A DNA stretch of 61,180 nucleotides, filler included, from Catajapyx aquilonaris (lineage: Eukaryota): NCBI GenBank assembly GCA_000934665.2. It is 2 parts of 2 records of this genome, joined end to end, with 100 filler letters (N's around TTAATTAATTAA, not from the genome) between each part and the next. Parts side by side here need not be neighbours in the genome. Positions count along the whole stretch, not along the records: positions 30,606 to 61,180 come from JYFJ02004629.1; 1 more part is not named here. One strand, given 5' to 3'. The position numbers and the translations under genes were made by a program. Within the stretch, counting starts at the first letter, position 1, and every line of letters begins with the position of its first letter. The notes below the pieces were generated by a model, which was not told the DNA's origin, made no database searches, and was given only the letters and a program-made list of their open reading frames with translations. Shown here one piece after another: positions 38,797 through 52,071 of the stretch.

Positions 38797-38990
38797 GGGG
38801 GCACGGTGATCTAGTGGCTACGCTACTGGCCAGCCAAGTGGGAGGTCCGGGGTTCAAATCCCGTCCCCGTCACCTCGGCTTGGTCGGGTCTTTTTCCTAT
38901 TTTCACCCGACATGTCCAGGCAGACTTTGCACTCCCTTCTCTGCCCAGTGCCAAGAGAAAAGGTCTGGTATTTAAGAGGGTCTGAAATGA
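38797..38990 (+). mobile_element. tRNA-derived SINE (degenerate)
   Basis: ggggcacggtgatctagtgg (A box) ... ggttcaaatccc (B box); 3' boundary approximate. Confidence 0.6.
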
Positions 38991-41900
38991 CTAGAAACTA
39001 ATTAACCCCTTCGCTACCAGATAGGCCCGAACCACGTAGATTTTGGATTACGCGTACTCCGAAGATACGGACAAGATATATTTTACAAATAATAACAGAG
39101 CTATATACTTACCACGTTCAGGGAAAACACTATGAATGTGTCTGGAACAATTTTACTCGTCTAGAAGTTCTTAAATTACTTTCCCAAAAAAGGCTATAAA
39201 ACAGGAAATCCGAGTACTGCCGACCAACTGTTAGGCTGATTTAATTATGAAATGCATGATAATATGCGGAATGACAACGTTACCTTGAGAACCATGCCAG
39301 ACGAATTTGCTGAACTCGTCGTACCTTGCGAGAAATAAATTAATACTTCTTTTCGGCTTACTGGCACTTCGGAAAATAGCACATTTGCTATTTTCCGAAG
39401 TGCCAGAAAGCACAATAATAATAACAGGTGTCTTGTACCAATATTTTGGTTTTACATACCATTCATTCAGTACACAGCTTGTATATAACACATAGTACAG
39501 CTTGTATTGAAGCGCATAATGGAAACAAAATGGAGGTCCCGGCTGGTTCACCAGCGACGGTACTCTCTCACTCGAGCGGTCCTCGGACCAGACTCGCATT
39601 TCTTGGTCGGACGGGGTGCTTGGGAGAATATCCCACCCCCGTCCCTGGGTTGGACCAGGCATTGCAGTACAGCTGGGGCCAGCCCTCCTCTCCCCCACCC
39701 TTCTAACCCACCCCCTACCTTGCAATCCCACACCTTTCTCTCCTACACCCGGCTGCCAAGGTTCGACTCAGACAGAGCCATACAAGCTGGGTAACCCTTC
39801 CTACCAACCAACCAACCAATGATGAATCAGCCCCTCGCATACTTTCTTAGGACCTGGTTCCCAGGTTTTGTAACCTAAACGATTCAATATAATATGGTCC
39901 TCGAAAGAGTAGGTTGTAATTGTTACCAAGCGAATAAAATATTTAAACAAGATCTTACTTTTTAATTGACATTGATTATAAATAATTATTATAATAGTTC
40001 CAATTGTAACTTACAGGGTGTTCCAACTGAAATGCCCTAAGTGGTTAGCGATTTTGGCACTAATAAGATGTTTTAAGCAGTTATTGTTAGCAACTACCTT
40101 TAGTGGTTATCAAACGTAGCCTATATAGACCCTATTAGCTGCTAATCCTTTTACTGCCTAATAATTTTTAATACCTGCAAAGATGGGTTATATCATTTAC
40201 GTTGTGACGTCCCTCACTAATGGCTGGAGGGTGTGGTGGATTTAGGGGGAGGGAGGGACTTGACTTTGTATCCAAAGGGAACGGCCTGGCCGGGCCTGGT
40301 ATGGCGGCAGGCTGGTCGCAATAACTGGGTTGTCCCGAACCTGTTGTATTATTGGACCCTATGACCAGGACCATGAGTGACCTTCCGGATATGAGGATGA
40401 CCTGAAGAAGTCAGTCAACCCTCGCAACGTTCGATGCCAATGAGCCATACCTATTCGTTCTTTGCAGTTCATGGCTTGCGGATAGATGATTCAAATCGGA
40501 TTAATATTAGCAGCCAGTCCAGTACTTTTGAGAACCATTAAAATGATTCAAAAGTGATTGCTTAAAAATAAGCAGATTAGTTAAAGATTTCTAATAATTT
40601 ACGACATTTAAATTGGACCACCTCTATCTGTACTTCTCTTACACTTTTCATTTCATGGCTAAAGCTGGCTTTTGGTCAAACGACTACACATGCCTCTGAA
40701 GCACTTGGTTGATATTAAATTATGATAACAGTGAATCTACTGACATTTAACTTACCGTGGAAGCATGTATAATTTTTCTTGTTTTCTGCTGCAGAATAGG
40801 CAGGCCTACGCAATTCCGTGTAAAGTGCATCTACAAAAAGGCAGGTGACTGCTATATGGTAATAAGAAAGGTGCCTCTTTAGACATTGTGAAGTGCACTG
40901 AAAGCATAATTATTAAATTCATAATAGAAATGAACAAGCGAGAGCGATCCGAGCAGACAGGTCATTCTTCCCATCTGAAAAGATTTAAGCCGTAGATTGT
41001 GAACAGGAATCATTTTGGTGCTGCCTCTCAGCTAAAAATTTAGCTCCTTTCATAAAATTCATGTGGTGGTATTAAAGTGTACAGAGAAACTATTAAGATG
41101 ACGGCATGGGTATAGTGTAATCACTGTGTTAAGCCAGCACTCATTCCATTGATGAGGTTTCATGAGTTGAATACCTGAGTCGGGCGGAGAATTTTCTCAT
41201 GGGGAAAGATTTTACAAGGGGTCCTCTCTGAAAGTTGTCCTTCCACTCTGAAAAGCCGTCATAATTCAGGCATAATAAATAAGTCGGTTAGAGTGAGCCA
41301 ATTATATGGTTTGAATGGGTTTTTGACGTACATAGTTGCCAGGAACGTTGACAACGACTCAAGTTGCCATCAATGTTACAATAAATCGTATATTGCTTAG
41401 CGTAATCCACAGCAATGCAGTATAGATGAAAATAGCAGATACTTCGCCAAAGAAAGTATCAGTAGCAAATGGCAATTAAAATATTACGTTGGATTTGTAA
41501 AATTTACACTGCACCTATACTACTTGTTCATGATGCTGACGGACCCTAATACAAGGTGTAGAATAATTATGTATTTTTCGATACTGCTATTTTGTAGAAA
41601 TAATTTACCAGAGCTAAGCCTAAAAAGTAACAGCAATGCACAGGCTTCTAGGTTGAAATGATTCCTGCTGATGACTTCTTGCAAGATGTCTAATTATTAC
41701 AGGAGACAACATACTCTTTTAATTTTTTTCTCCTCCAAGCCCTTTATTCACACGACGTGTGAGCTGAGCAGGTACATGAAAATTAGCCAAAATACGTACA
41801 AGAGGGGAACAAACGAGGGGAAAAAATAATAAATACACGGTATCGGGCTCTTTGTGTCCACCAAAGCACTTGTGAAAATATTGCTCTCTACTGCAGAACA

Positions 41901-44900
41901 CCGGGCGTACCTCCGGAGGAGCTCATTCACATTATAATAATTTATCATATATTTTTATTGCAAAAATCGACTCAGCTTAAAATAAATAAGGGTTTATTTC
42001 GTTTCAGTCAGTCAATATTAGGTTTATTAGTCTTTCTGTAAACATAACACGGTGCAACCAGGCCAAATAAGTCACGGACCCAAGTACATGACATATGCAC
42101 TGGGGGTAGCATATATAATATATATGTGTATTTTTTTCTTACGTCGTTCCCGTTGAGTATGCAGAAGCCATATACTCAATGGAGGTACCGACAGTACAGA
42201 GCAAACATTGTTGTCCACAAAAGAAACAGGTTTTTGACGAGCCCCCCTCGGAGTGGTCCCCCCTCGAAAGCACGTACTGTACTTGCACCAATATGTTACA
42301 GTATGTATATACGCATGATCCACGTAGACGAGCCCCATCAATTGAGATTAAGTCACCATAAAAATAACATTCGGTCTACAGGCTAGTCTATAAGATTTTC
42401 GTGAGGGTAGGGCGGAAGGGTCAAAGGCTTAAATTGGGATCAGGGTTATGGGGAGAGGGGGTGGGGTCTTGGTTTTATTTATTTTTTTCCTGTACACTAG
42501 AGACGATCGAGGTCTGCTCTATTCTAGATCCGTCAACGTCTCTATCCGCCGTAAGTCTGTCCAACCGTCCCTGCGAGCCTCTTAATCCCTCCTCCTGGCT
42601 GATTAGCTAATTAAAACACGAAAATGGGGGGGGGGGGGGGGGNGGCAGACGACAAAGGTAATGGGGAGAGGGGGGTAGGGAAAGGGTTATACTTCATTAA
42701 TTTGCCCATCTTCATGTCTGCTGGGATATAAAGGCTATGGGTTGAGTCTATATCTGCCTGCTGATGATTTCTGCCGTCGCATTCTTCACAATAAATGACT
42801 TTTTAAACACCAAATGTTTGACAGTTTGTGAGATATGGAATACTTTAGGACGAAGGAGAAAGCATATGTAAAAAATCCTGTCTTGAAATGAGAACACCCT
42901 AACAAGTAAGTACTGGTAAATACTTGAGGAATTATTAGCTGACACGATCATAAGGTAATATGAATGTGGTGGTCGTAACATACAAAATCAGATACAAAAG
43001 CAGATGTCAATTCATTAGGCCTTTACAACTTTATGATATCGGGTTCCCGATGACATTGCACGTTATGTGCACATTGCGCATATCATACCTGCTTTGGAAA
43101 ATATATATCAGTTTCCTGATTATATTTCTGCGTTAATATTGCAATACACTGAATGACACATAACGGTATGAAGGGGCATTTTACACAACACATAGAGCGC
43201 TAAAATTCCTGGATTATCAAGTCATTTTGCTGAATGTATCCATATAATCATATCTTTTACATTACAATACGATACAAATGTGCATATCTTCAGGTGATAT
43301 TTTTTTTCGCCAAGATAGGTTTTACGTATTTTGACTTCTGGAATGACTGGTAAATTAAGCGAAACAAATGGGACAGCAAATCAGCGGAGGTCTGCGATTA
43401 ACTGACATGTTAAAAGGTAGGAACTGCCTGATGCGTTCTATCTTTTTTTAACACGAGCACATTTGATCACATAGCGCCCCTGAAGAAAATGTAGCCAATA
43501 TCAAGATTGAAGACAATAACTATGCATTAATACCATTCAATACTCAGTCTTCACCAGCAAGCAGAATCGCAGAGGGACATTTCTTTTTTTTCTTCTTTTT
43601 ATCCGCGAAAAGGAGGAAGAAAGCAGGCTAATGATGGATGAATAAACGACAAGGCAACACGTCAAACGGCTACTCGTCCGTCCCGAGAACTGCCTGGACA
43701 GGGCTAGACAAGATATTACGGTCACGCTCTATACGTAACACTCACGTACTGTATGGTTGGGTAGGTGGTTGGGGGAGGCTGGGGATGGGCTACGGAGACA
43801 CCGACGTACACGTACAAGTACGGACGCAGGGGACAGTTGCGCATCTGTCTGTCTGTCTCTGCTTCTTCACATTTTTTCCCATTTCAAAGGGACTTTTTGG
43901 GGGGAGATACTTGTTACACGCTGGGATAAACTCAGCTTAGGTACAGCTATAGGGAGGAGGATGAACGACTGTCTGACAGGGGGCGTTCAAAATTTAGTAT
44001 AGTAAGTTATATATACATATATTTTTGGTCGCTTGGCAGAGAGGAAACCATGAAGAGTTAAAGGGTTCTGGGTTATGTCAGGAAGGAAATAATTAGCTAA
44101 ATTATCGTCAGCAATGCAAAAGTTGGTGTTGACATTTAAGGTTTGGGTTAAGAAGTAGCGCAATTAGTTGCCAGTCTGAGGTCTAATGAAAGTGCAAAAG
44201 AACTTAACCTGTCCTGCCGAAAAACATGAAACATAACATGTTGCGTTACAGTTTTTGTTTCTGTATATGGTTTCTCGGAAATAAGTGCTTTTTGCACTGC
44301 CAGCGACAACATTCTGACTAGAGTCCAGCGGCAGGGCGTAAGAAAACGTCCAATGTTACAAGGGTAGGTCCTAGGCATATTCGCTGACTCACTGTTATCA
44401 GTATACACTTCCATGCCTACACGGCATGCCACTGCGAGGAGGTCGCTGGGAGTAATGGTACAGGCAAGTACGCTCTTATTTCCAACACCGTTTCCACACA
44501 TTGATGGTCAAGCTGTCGTGGAATACATTAAAAAAATTCCTGTCACCATCAAGTGTTGGAAACAAAAATGTGCTTGGCCAAAAGTACACCCCAAACTACA
44601 CCAAGCATGCTGCCATGTTACGCATGTGTTTTTGCAACAGTCAGCCTATGACCAAGGGTCTTCCACAATAACATATATTTTAGAAAGCCAGAGCCCATAG
44701 ACGCGTTCCAGGAAGACAATGGAATTCAGGTCTGCGTCTGTGGTCTCCGTGCAATTGTTGGCCGCGGTACTCTTGTGCGCATGTTTCGAATGTCATCCCA
44801 GGCCCGCCCCCCGTCGTCATTTGCACTTAGAGCTTTTTTTAAATTTCCTCGTGTCTCTTAATTATTTTGCACACAATCATCTTCGCAATAGAATTGAAAC

Positions 44901-44942
44901 TCTTGCTCGCTCTGGTCCCACCATCTTCCTGGGGGAGGTGTT

Positions 44943-45043
44943 TTACTCTGGCTTCAAGCGATGCCACTGCACGATGGTCTGCCTTGGCTTCGTTATCATA
45001 TCCTGCCAATGCTTCGTCTCCGATGCCCCCGTGCCGTTCTTCC
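44943..45043 (-). CDS. Syt7: Synaptotagmin 7 last coding exon (C2B end, stop)
   Basis: ctgcAG|GG; GKNGTGASETKHWQDMITKPRQTIVQWHRLKPE*; WHxL terminal motif of synaptotagmins. Confidence 0.95.
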
Positions 45044-45125
45044 CTGCAGAGTAGGAAATAATACATTGGGAGGTCAGTTGCAAAATCAACCAGCAAATGG
45101 CCAGACTTCAAAGAACACCACATGC

Positions 45126-45338
45126 CTGCCAGAAGGATGCGTCCGATCAGCTCGTTGCGACCAATGTTGTCAAAGTCATTGACAATGACATCCAGAGAAC
45201 ATTCTCGGATCTTTTCCCAGGGGACGTTGAAAGTGAAGGTCTCGTTGAACACTGGGTTGAGGGTGCATTTGAACACCGGCGTCTTCCTTTTCTCGATACG
45301 TTTATCTCCGAATTGCAGCCACACCTTCACGTAAGGGT
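45126..45338 (-). CDS. Syt7: Synaptotagmin 7 exon (C2B), ends at a GC donor
   Basis: ttctcAG|AC; DPYVKVWLQFGDKRIEKRKTPVFKCTLNPVFNETFTFNVPWEKIRECSLDVIVNDFDNIGRNELIGRILLA; CAG|GCATGT; phase 1-1. Confidence 0.93.
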
Positions 45339-46599
45339 CTGAGAAGAAACAAACCTCGTGTTCATGTTACTAAAACTACCGTTCCCCCTTGTGTGAGGGG
45401 AAGGGTGGGTGTGTGCATGTGTAAGTTATATGTTTTACACAGGATAATATAACAAGGTAGGTAGGTAGATCTACACTGCTAACAGAAATTTTGCTTATTT
45501 ATCTGTTTCTAATACGGTTTGGCTGCCGAATATCCAAGGGGGTTCATTATAGAGATGTTTCGCTGACTCTGAAAATTGAAGACCACAATTCAATTAGGGG
45601 CCAATTGTGAAAATAGAAAAAATGTCCAGGAAGCAAAAACACTATTTTTTTCTGATTCTGCTCATGGTAGGCAATTGCGGTCTAAACCTAATGACAGATA
45701 TCTACAAGATGAATATCTGACATCACTTTCATTGAAATGTCCATATAATTTATATTTCATTTAAATACTTTTAATGCTCACAATTGGGCTCTTCTTGCGT
45801 TGTATCGTTCCTTTGGCTTAAATATGGAGAATAACATGTCTCAGGATAAAATTAATGAATGATTATGATATACAAGAGACATAGTATTCGCCTCAGAGTA
45901 ATTACACACTATATTTTATTTTATTTAATGTTTTTTTGGTTTCCCATGCCACCTAGGTCTACCTTATAAATTTTTGACCACTTCCCGAGGGCGTAGGTCA
46001 AAGATTTTTTGGTGACATGATTATAGACCCACAAGTCTACTTTATTTTCCACTAGGTTTAGCACTGCTCCTCAGAGGGGAACGTTCTAATGGTAAAGTAA
46101 CGCATCTCCTTTAGAAGTAGCGCATAGACAAAAATCACCGCTATTTTCAAATCGCGGGTCACTTGTAGTGTATTAAAATCGCGCTTTTCAAGTGACAATC
46201 ACGTTTGTCACTGCTATCGAGAAATCGCGTTTTTGTTTGTCGATGGTTAAAAGCTTTTTTCAGGCATTACTAGTGACATTTCGGCTCTTGCATTTTATAC
46301 GGATCCACCAGAGGAAGTACAATATGCCATAAAAGCATGTCCATAAAAGTTGACAGATTGGCCCTTATTGCATTGTGGCATTCAATTTTTACGTATAGGA
46401 TCAACCATAGTACGGGCTGGCTGAGGTCAAATAAATTGAAAATCTCAGTCTTAAAGTCTAGACTACACGATATTTTCAAAAGAGCATGTCGCAATTGGGT
46501 GCATTGCTTTCTCCCGTAAAATAAGGCTTTTATCCCGCAAAAATCTGCGATTTGTTACAATCATGGTCTTATAATACTAAGGTCTGGTCACTACCTCTT

Positions 46600-46930
46600 A
46601 TCGCCTCTTATCTCATGCCTCTTATCTCATGGCGCTTTCAAGTGAGCACCTCATGCAAAACGCCCCGTTTTGCATGAGGTGCTCACTTGAGAGCAACATG
46701 AGACCGCCTTTCACTGCTACATTATGTGGCGACCCTACCGGACCGTGATGAACTTAGGTAGAAGGGAAGCCGCTACATGCGGGGAGGCCGCCGGCGACCA
46801 TGTTGGGTCCCCCAATGTAGCGCTTCCCTTTTGTACCTATAAAGTTCAGCGTACTCCGGTAGGGTCGCCACATAATGTAGCAGTGAAAGACTGTCTCATG
46901 GCGCTCTCAAGTGAGCACCTCAGGCGATAA
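46600..46930. mobile_element. Composite or nested palindromic MITE(s) in a Syt7 intron
   Basis: Hairpin tcaagtgagcacctcatgcaaaacg-ccc-cgttttgcatgaggtgctcacttga, and a larger IR ctttcactgctacattatgtggcgaccctaccgga ... tccggtagggtcgccacataatgtagcagtgaaag. Confidence 0.75.
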
Positions 46931-48160
46931 GATAAGGTTATAGGGGTAGGGTCCGGGGGTTGGTTACAATCATATTCAACATGATGCCACCAGTCCTTAC
47001 AGAAAAAGCAAATGGAACGCCATAATTTGACATGTCGAGAAACTCGGTTGCATGAAGAGTAGCAAGTACTGTACTTCCCACTCCTAAACGAATCTAATAT
47101 TACTCCTTATGCTAGAAATAAGCTAATTAAAATAATATGCAGAATTTCTGACCGTAGTGTTCTTTTCTCGGCGAACCACATTCCATTATCCCATTATCAA
47201 CAGGGAAGGGGGACAGGAGAGGAAAAGACTTAGCTTTAATGATGACTTCCAGTGCAACATGTTTATTCAAGCATACGCGCCCAAAGAACTTTGAAACATC
47301 TGTAATGCCTTCCTACCTTTAAAAAAGGTATATCTGCACATTGCGATAAGGTCTTTCGCGTCAGACAACTCGATAGACAAGATCTTATCACAATGTACAG
47401 ATGTGCCTTTTTTTTCTCCATCTGGTGGAATATGTGTCCTACTGCTGGCCCAAACATCCTATATATACTTCCATAAAATTTTCCGTGGAGAATTCCCGTG
47501 ACATCATTCTCAGAGTCAGGGGTATCGGACGTTTTGGTCCAGCAGTGGGACAGGACGGTTGGTTGGTTCCTCGGTTGTTCACAGGGGTTAGGCGTTACGC
47601 CTCGGAAGTTTCTTATCGACCTCCTCCCCAAATAATTACTGTGACCTTCGCAAAGAGGACATTAAAAATGTACAGTATTTAACAAATTACGTATTATCTT
47701 GGAGGGGGAAATTTTGATTTTTAGATAGTGTGAGGAAACGGAAAAATCCCGAGAAAACCCACGCGAGTACGGAAGAACCTCTCGAAACGCTTTCCACATA
47801 AAAAACTGTCCGATCCGGGAAAAGAATGCGAAACCTCAAAAGTGGCTGTGGCTTTAACTACTAATAACTTACACCACTATACCACCATGAGGTGTCTCAA
47901 TGTTCTCGGGAGAGTACATTTGGATAAACTATGAACACCAAGTCATTGTTGCCTCTATTCTTATATTCATGCATATATCCATCCCATACCCTAGGCCTAG
48001 GGTGTCATCTACCCTTGTGGCAGTTGAACCGGAATAGGTGAGCGTGCTGGAGATTTCCTTTTGCAATATTTTTCGACCCTCATGCATGCCTTACAGGTGA
48101 CTGGTATCATCTAGAGTTCCATGGGTGTAGATGACACATGCCGGTATATTTACCATATTT

Positions 48161-48507
48161 GAGGGGTCTGAGATAAAAAACAACCAAGTCCACTTTTGGG
48201 GGGTAGGGAGAAAAAGAGTGGCGCTGCTGTAACGTATGCGCCCACGCTAAGCCCGGGCATTCCCCCCAAGATTCCCCCCTTCATCTCGTGCAGAATTCGG
48301 GGTCATCTCTGGCTTCGTCTCTAGTGGGGTTTCGGCTAGACTAACCACCCTGGGGAGTTCACAAAATGACAAAGCAGCGACATTGCACTGCACCTGGCAC
48401 ATCCCCTCCCAGTCACCCTTGCTCGCGGGGCACTTCGTCGAGACAAAATACTGTATATCCTTGATCAGGAAAATAAAGGTCTGTGCGAAACCCTGGTGAG
48501 GGTATGC

Positions 48508-48574
<67 letters not shown>

Positions 48575-48760
48575 TAATAATAATAATAATGTCATTGGGT
48601 ATTGATTGCACATTTGCGTATGTAGCTGAGCTGCGGCAAAATATGGACGTAAAAAGTTTCAAGATTGTACCAGTGAAAGTTAAGTAATAATCAGTTTTTC
48701 GACATTTTACGGCCAGTTTTTTCAAGTGGACTGGGCGTTTTTTGATATCTCAGACCCCTC
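48161..48760. mobile_element. Non-autonomous DNA transposon, Sola-like (GAG...CTC termini, 4-bp TSD)
   Basis: TIRs gaggggtctgagata / tatctcagacccctc, flanked by ATTT on both sides; contains an (ATA)n tract. Confidence 0.75.
48508..48590. repeat. (ATA)n microsatellite
   Basis: Direct inspection. Confidence 0.95.
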
Positions 48761-48879
48761 ATTTGTTCCTGAACTTTTTCGTAACCATGTAAGAGTACTG
48801 CTCACTGGCTTAACATATTTTACGGAACCTTATAGTTAAAAGGATGTAATAAATGAATATAATACTCTATTTACTCTAA

Positions 48880-49006
48880 TGGCCGGTTTCACCAAGCCTG
48901 GTTTTCATTAAAACCCCGGTTCTTTCGAAAAATCCCTATTCTATTTGCAGGGATTTTCCGACAGAACCTGGGTTTTTATGAAAACCGGGCTTGGTGAAAC
49001 CAGCCA
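48880..49006. mobile_element. PIF/Harbinger (Tourist-like) MITE
   Basis: tggccggtttcaccaagc...gcttggtgaaaccagcca; flanks TAA/TGA; same family as 50457-50581. Confidence 0.75.
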
Positions 49007-50333
49007 TGAGTCCGCCGGGATATTAAGAGTTTTCCACACATTTTCTTTATGAAAGAGTAACATTCAAGAAGCATCTTTCATGAGGTCTTTGGCCTCTACA
49101 TCCTGAGAGGGCCTTAGAAATTCTTGATACAAACACGATATAATCTGGACATGCAGTCTCAAAACTATCATTAGTTTTTGGTTATTTGAACTTCCTTACA
49201 AAAATGTCGCCTAGCTGAGTATTCGCCAAAAACGAGAGGTGCTTTAGCAGTAAAATAGTAATTCCACATAGTGCAGTATTGTGTGGAGAATCGTTATTAA
49301 TACACATATTTATTTTCAAAACGAATGAAAAACGCCATCACGGTTTATAGCGTTTATAGACGTGAGTAAATGTTTCGTCGAACTACGAGACAATACACAA
49401 AACTTTTTGACAAAACAAAATGCGTATTTTTTTGCCGAAACCGGCACACTAATACGTGTCATCTCAAATACGACACTAAAATACCAGTTGGATGACACAT
49501 ATTCTGCCGCAGAAAGTCTCACATGTGTGCCATGTGACACACATACATGTGTAATCGTTCCATCCTTCCACAAGTGTGTCACTTAACACGTTTTGGCATG
49601 TCTTTGCAGAGAACAGAATTATTAGGATATGTAGCGAGTCATGTGAAATGGCACACGGTTCTGTGCCATTTGACAAAATGCGTTGAAGAAATTTCCTCTG
49701 AATTTCCTGGCACTTTTTTGTTTGTCAGATGACATCTAGTTCTGTGTCAAAACTCAAAAGTGTGCCACCGTTTTGTGTGAAGGCATGAACTACAAAACTC
49801 ACGCACTTCTGCATATATCCGCGTGTTCCAGAATTTAGCTCATATTCGTATCGACAAAATAATATCTCACAGACGCCCATTTACACTCGCTCCAGTCACA
49901 TTTGGTTCGTAGGTCACAGGATAGACGTGATATTTCAATAGCACCGGTTAATCAGGATAAAAATAGCACACTTCTAAGCGCTAAGCCACGTGTCGTATAA
50001 TTATATATATAATAATAAATCTGTAAAGGGCAGGCCCTATCTTAGGGTCAATATACCTTGTTGAGGTTTAATTTTTCTCATTGACTTGTACGAGTAGGTC
50101 AAGATGGTAAAAATAATTTCTGATAGAATTTCTGCGAGAATTTGTGATAGAAATCATTTCTGATTAAAGATCACGCCCTTCACTTGCACTTGAAGAAAGA
50201 TGTTCTACGGAGAGTTTAACGGATGTTGTTCGTTGGTGATGAATTTATTGCTGCTAACAGTGGATATGACTAACATCCGTTTAACACTGGATAGATATAT
50301 CTGCTTTCTGTGACGCCATTCGGCCTTATACCT

Positions 50334-50335
<2 letters not shown>

Positions 50336-50408
<73 letters not shown>

Positions 50409-50413
50409 TATTA
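50336..50413. repeat. (TTA)n microsatellite
   Basis: Direct inspection. Confidence 0.95.
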
Positions 50414-50419
50414 TATTTT

Positions 50420-50939
50420 TTAGATATACCCCGTGATAGGGCCATAGGCCCTCTTAGGGCCGGTTTCACCGAGCTTGGTATATGATAAAACCAGGTTTCT
50501 TTAGGAAAATCCATACAAATAGATAGGGATTTTGAGAAATACCCTGGTTTTATCATATACTGAGCTCGGTGAAACCGGCCCTTAGGGGAGTGGATAACCA
50601 CTATCGGTGCAGGGGACAGGGTAGGGATAGGGAGGGGGGACACTGGTGCATGTGCAATGTCATCAAGTTTGGGGTCGTGTGCAGTCCCTCAGGGGGCCCG
50701 TTCGTCAAGATGATCCCCTAGATGCGAGTCAGAAATGCCCCACCGACACCGCACCTCCTCCAGGGAAGGGAAAGGAAGGAAGCGGCTGTGGCCTATTTTA
50801 CGATACGATCCCGGAAATTTTTCCTGGGGCGACCTTGGGAAACCACAGAAAACCAAGGTCAGGATCGCCGGCCTCCGGGATTCGAACCCAGGACCTCCCG
50901 ATTAGCAGTCGGACGCCTTATCCACTATGCCAACCTGCT
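50420..50939 (-). mobile_element. tRNA(Ser-like)-derived SINE
   Basis: - strand: ttggcatagtggataaggcgtccgactGCTaatcgg...ggttcgaatccc; 3' segment (atacccgtgat.gggcc...ctcttagggg) shared with the 38.0-38.3 kb SINE. Confidence 0.75.
50457..50581. mobile_element. PIF/Harbinger (Tourist-like) MITE inserted in a SINE tail
   Basis: gggccggtttcaccgagct...agctcggtgaaaccggccc with a TTA target-site duplication. Confidence 0.85.
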
Positions 50940-50993
50940 TTGGTCATCTACGTATACTGTAGAAGTCTTGTTAATGCTAGGTATACACCGAAA

Positions 50994-51172
50994 CAGTAGT
51001 GGTGGAGTGGATATGGTGTCCGACTGCTAATCGGGAGGTCCTGGGTTAGAATCCCGGGGCCGGCAACCTTGACCGTGGTTTTCTGTGGTTTTCCACGGTC
51101 TTTATGGATAAATCCGGGGTCGCTTCCGTATAATAGGCCACAGCCGCTTCCTTCCTTCCCTATCCTTGGAGG
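50994..51172 (+). mobile_element. Second copy of the same SINE, head-to-head with the previous one
   Basis: gtggata.ggtgtccgactgctaatcgggaggtcctgggttagaatccc...taggccacagccgcttccttcc, inverse of about 50760-50939. Confidence 0.75.
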
Positions 51173-51435
51173 TTGAAAGGCAATGCTGGGCCAACCTCCT
51201 TAAATATCAATTATAAAGTATACGTAGATGGCTGAATGGGATTAATGGGTACGGGTGTTTCAACAGGAATTGCGAACAATTGGGTGGATCTACACATGAT
51301 TAAACGACTCTTATGGGAACGTTTAGGTTGAAGTATAAGAGAGAAGGAGAGAGAGAAAGAGATGAGACGTGAAGTGAATAATGATTATAAATAGTATCCC
51401 CCATAAATTATTACAGCCGTTGAGGGTCTACTCAC

Positions 51436-51714
51436 CCGACTTTCCGTTGATGTCCTTTGCCTTGAGATTGCGTGCCTTGAGCAGGGTAAGGGTAAGGGTG
51501 GAAGTGGAGGGGTGATAGCAGAGGGAAGTCAGCAGTTCCCCGCATTTGTCCTTTGCCGGGGGTTTCAGGGCCTTCCAGAAGTTGGGCTTCTCCGAGAGAT
51601 CCACCTGGCACAGAGGTAGGAATACCTCGCCAATAGAGTCATCCCGGGAGAAGCGGTCGTAGTCGAACACGTGCAGGTGCAACACTCGGCTCTGCAGCTT
51701 CTGGATCGGGAACC
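51436..51714 (-). CDS. Syt7: Synaptotagmin 7 exon (C2A end to C2B start)
   Basis: cttcAG|GG...G|GTGAGT; GFPIQKLQSRVLHLHVFDYDRFSRDDSIGEVFLPL...KARNLKAKDINGKS. Confidence 0.96.
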
Positions 51715-51959
51715 CTGAAGAGAGAGACGGGTGTCAATATGCGCTCAACGAAGATACACCCCGTTATATCCGTAGGCTCAGTTTGAACGACTAAGTACAG
51801 AGTCAGTCGGAAGCAATCGTAAATTATTTTGGCTGGCACATCTCTCTGTCCCCTGCTGGATCGTGTCATGACATACCAGTAGTTTACATAATGCTATAAA
51901 TTATATATTTTGATACTGTTTTCCGTCACATGCAAGGTTTTTAGCGCAAGTCGACAAAT

Positions 51960-51974
51960 AACAACAACAACGAC

Positions 51975-52055
<81 letters not shown>

Positions 52056-52071
52056 AATAATAATAATAATA
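51960..52071. repeat. Compound (AAC)(AAT)(GAT)(AAT) microsatellite
   Basis: Direct inspection. Confidence 0.95.

Noticed and set aside
50000..50336. Possible small Helitron (TA-rich start, short hairpin plus CTAG|T)
   Set aside because: Hairpin is only 3 bp and there is no clear 5' TC terminus.
50860..51060. tRNA-Ser(GCT)-like sequences
   Set aside because: No proper acceptor stem or long variable arm, and they continue into a shared SINE body.
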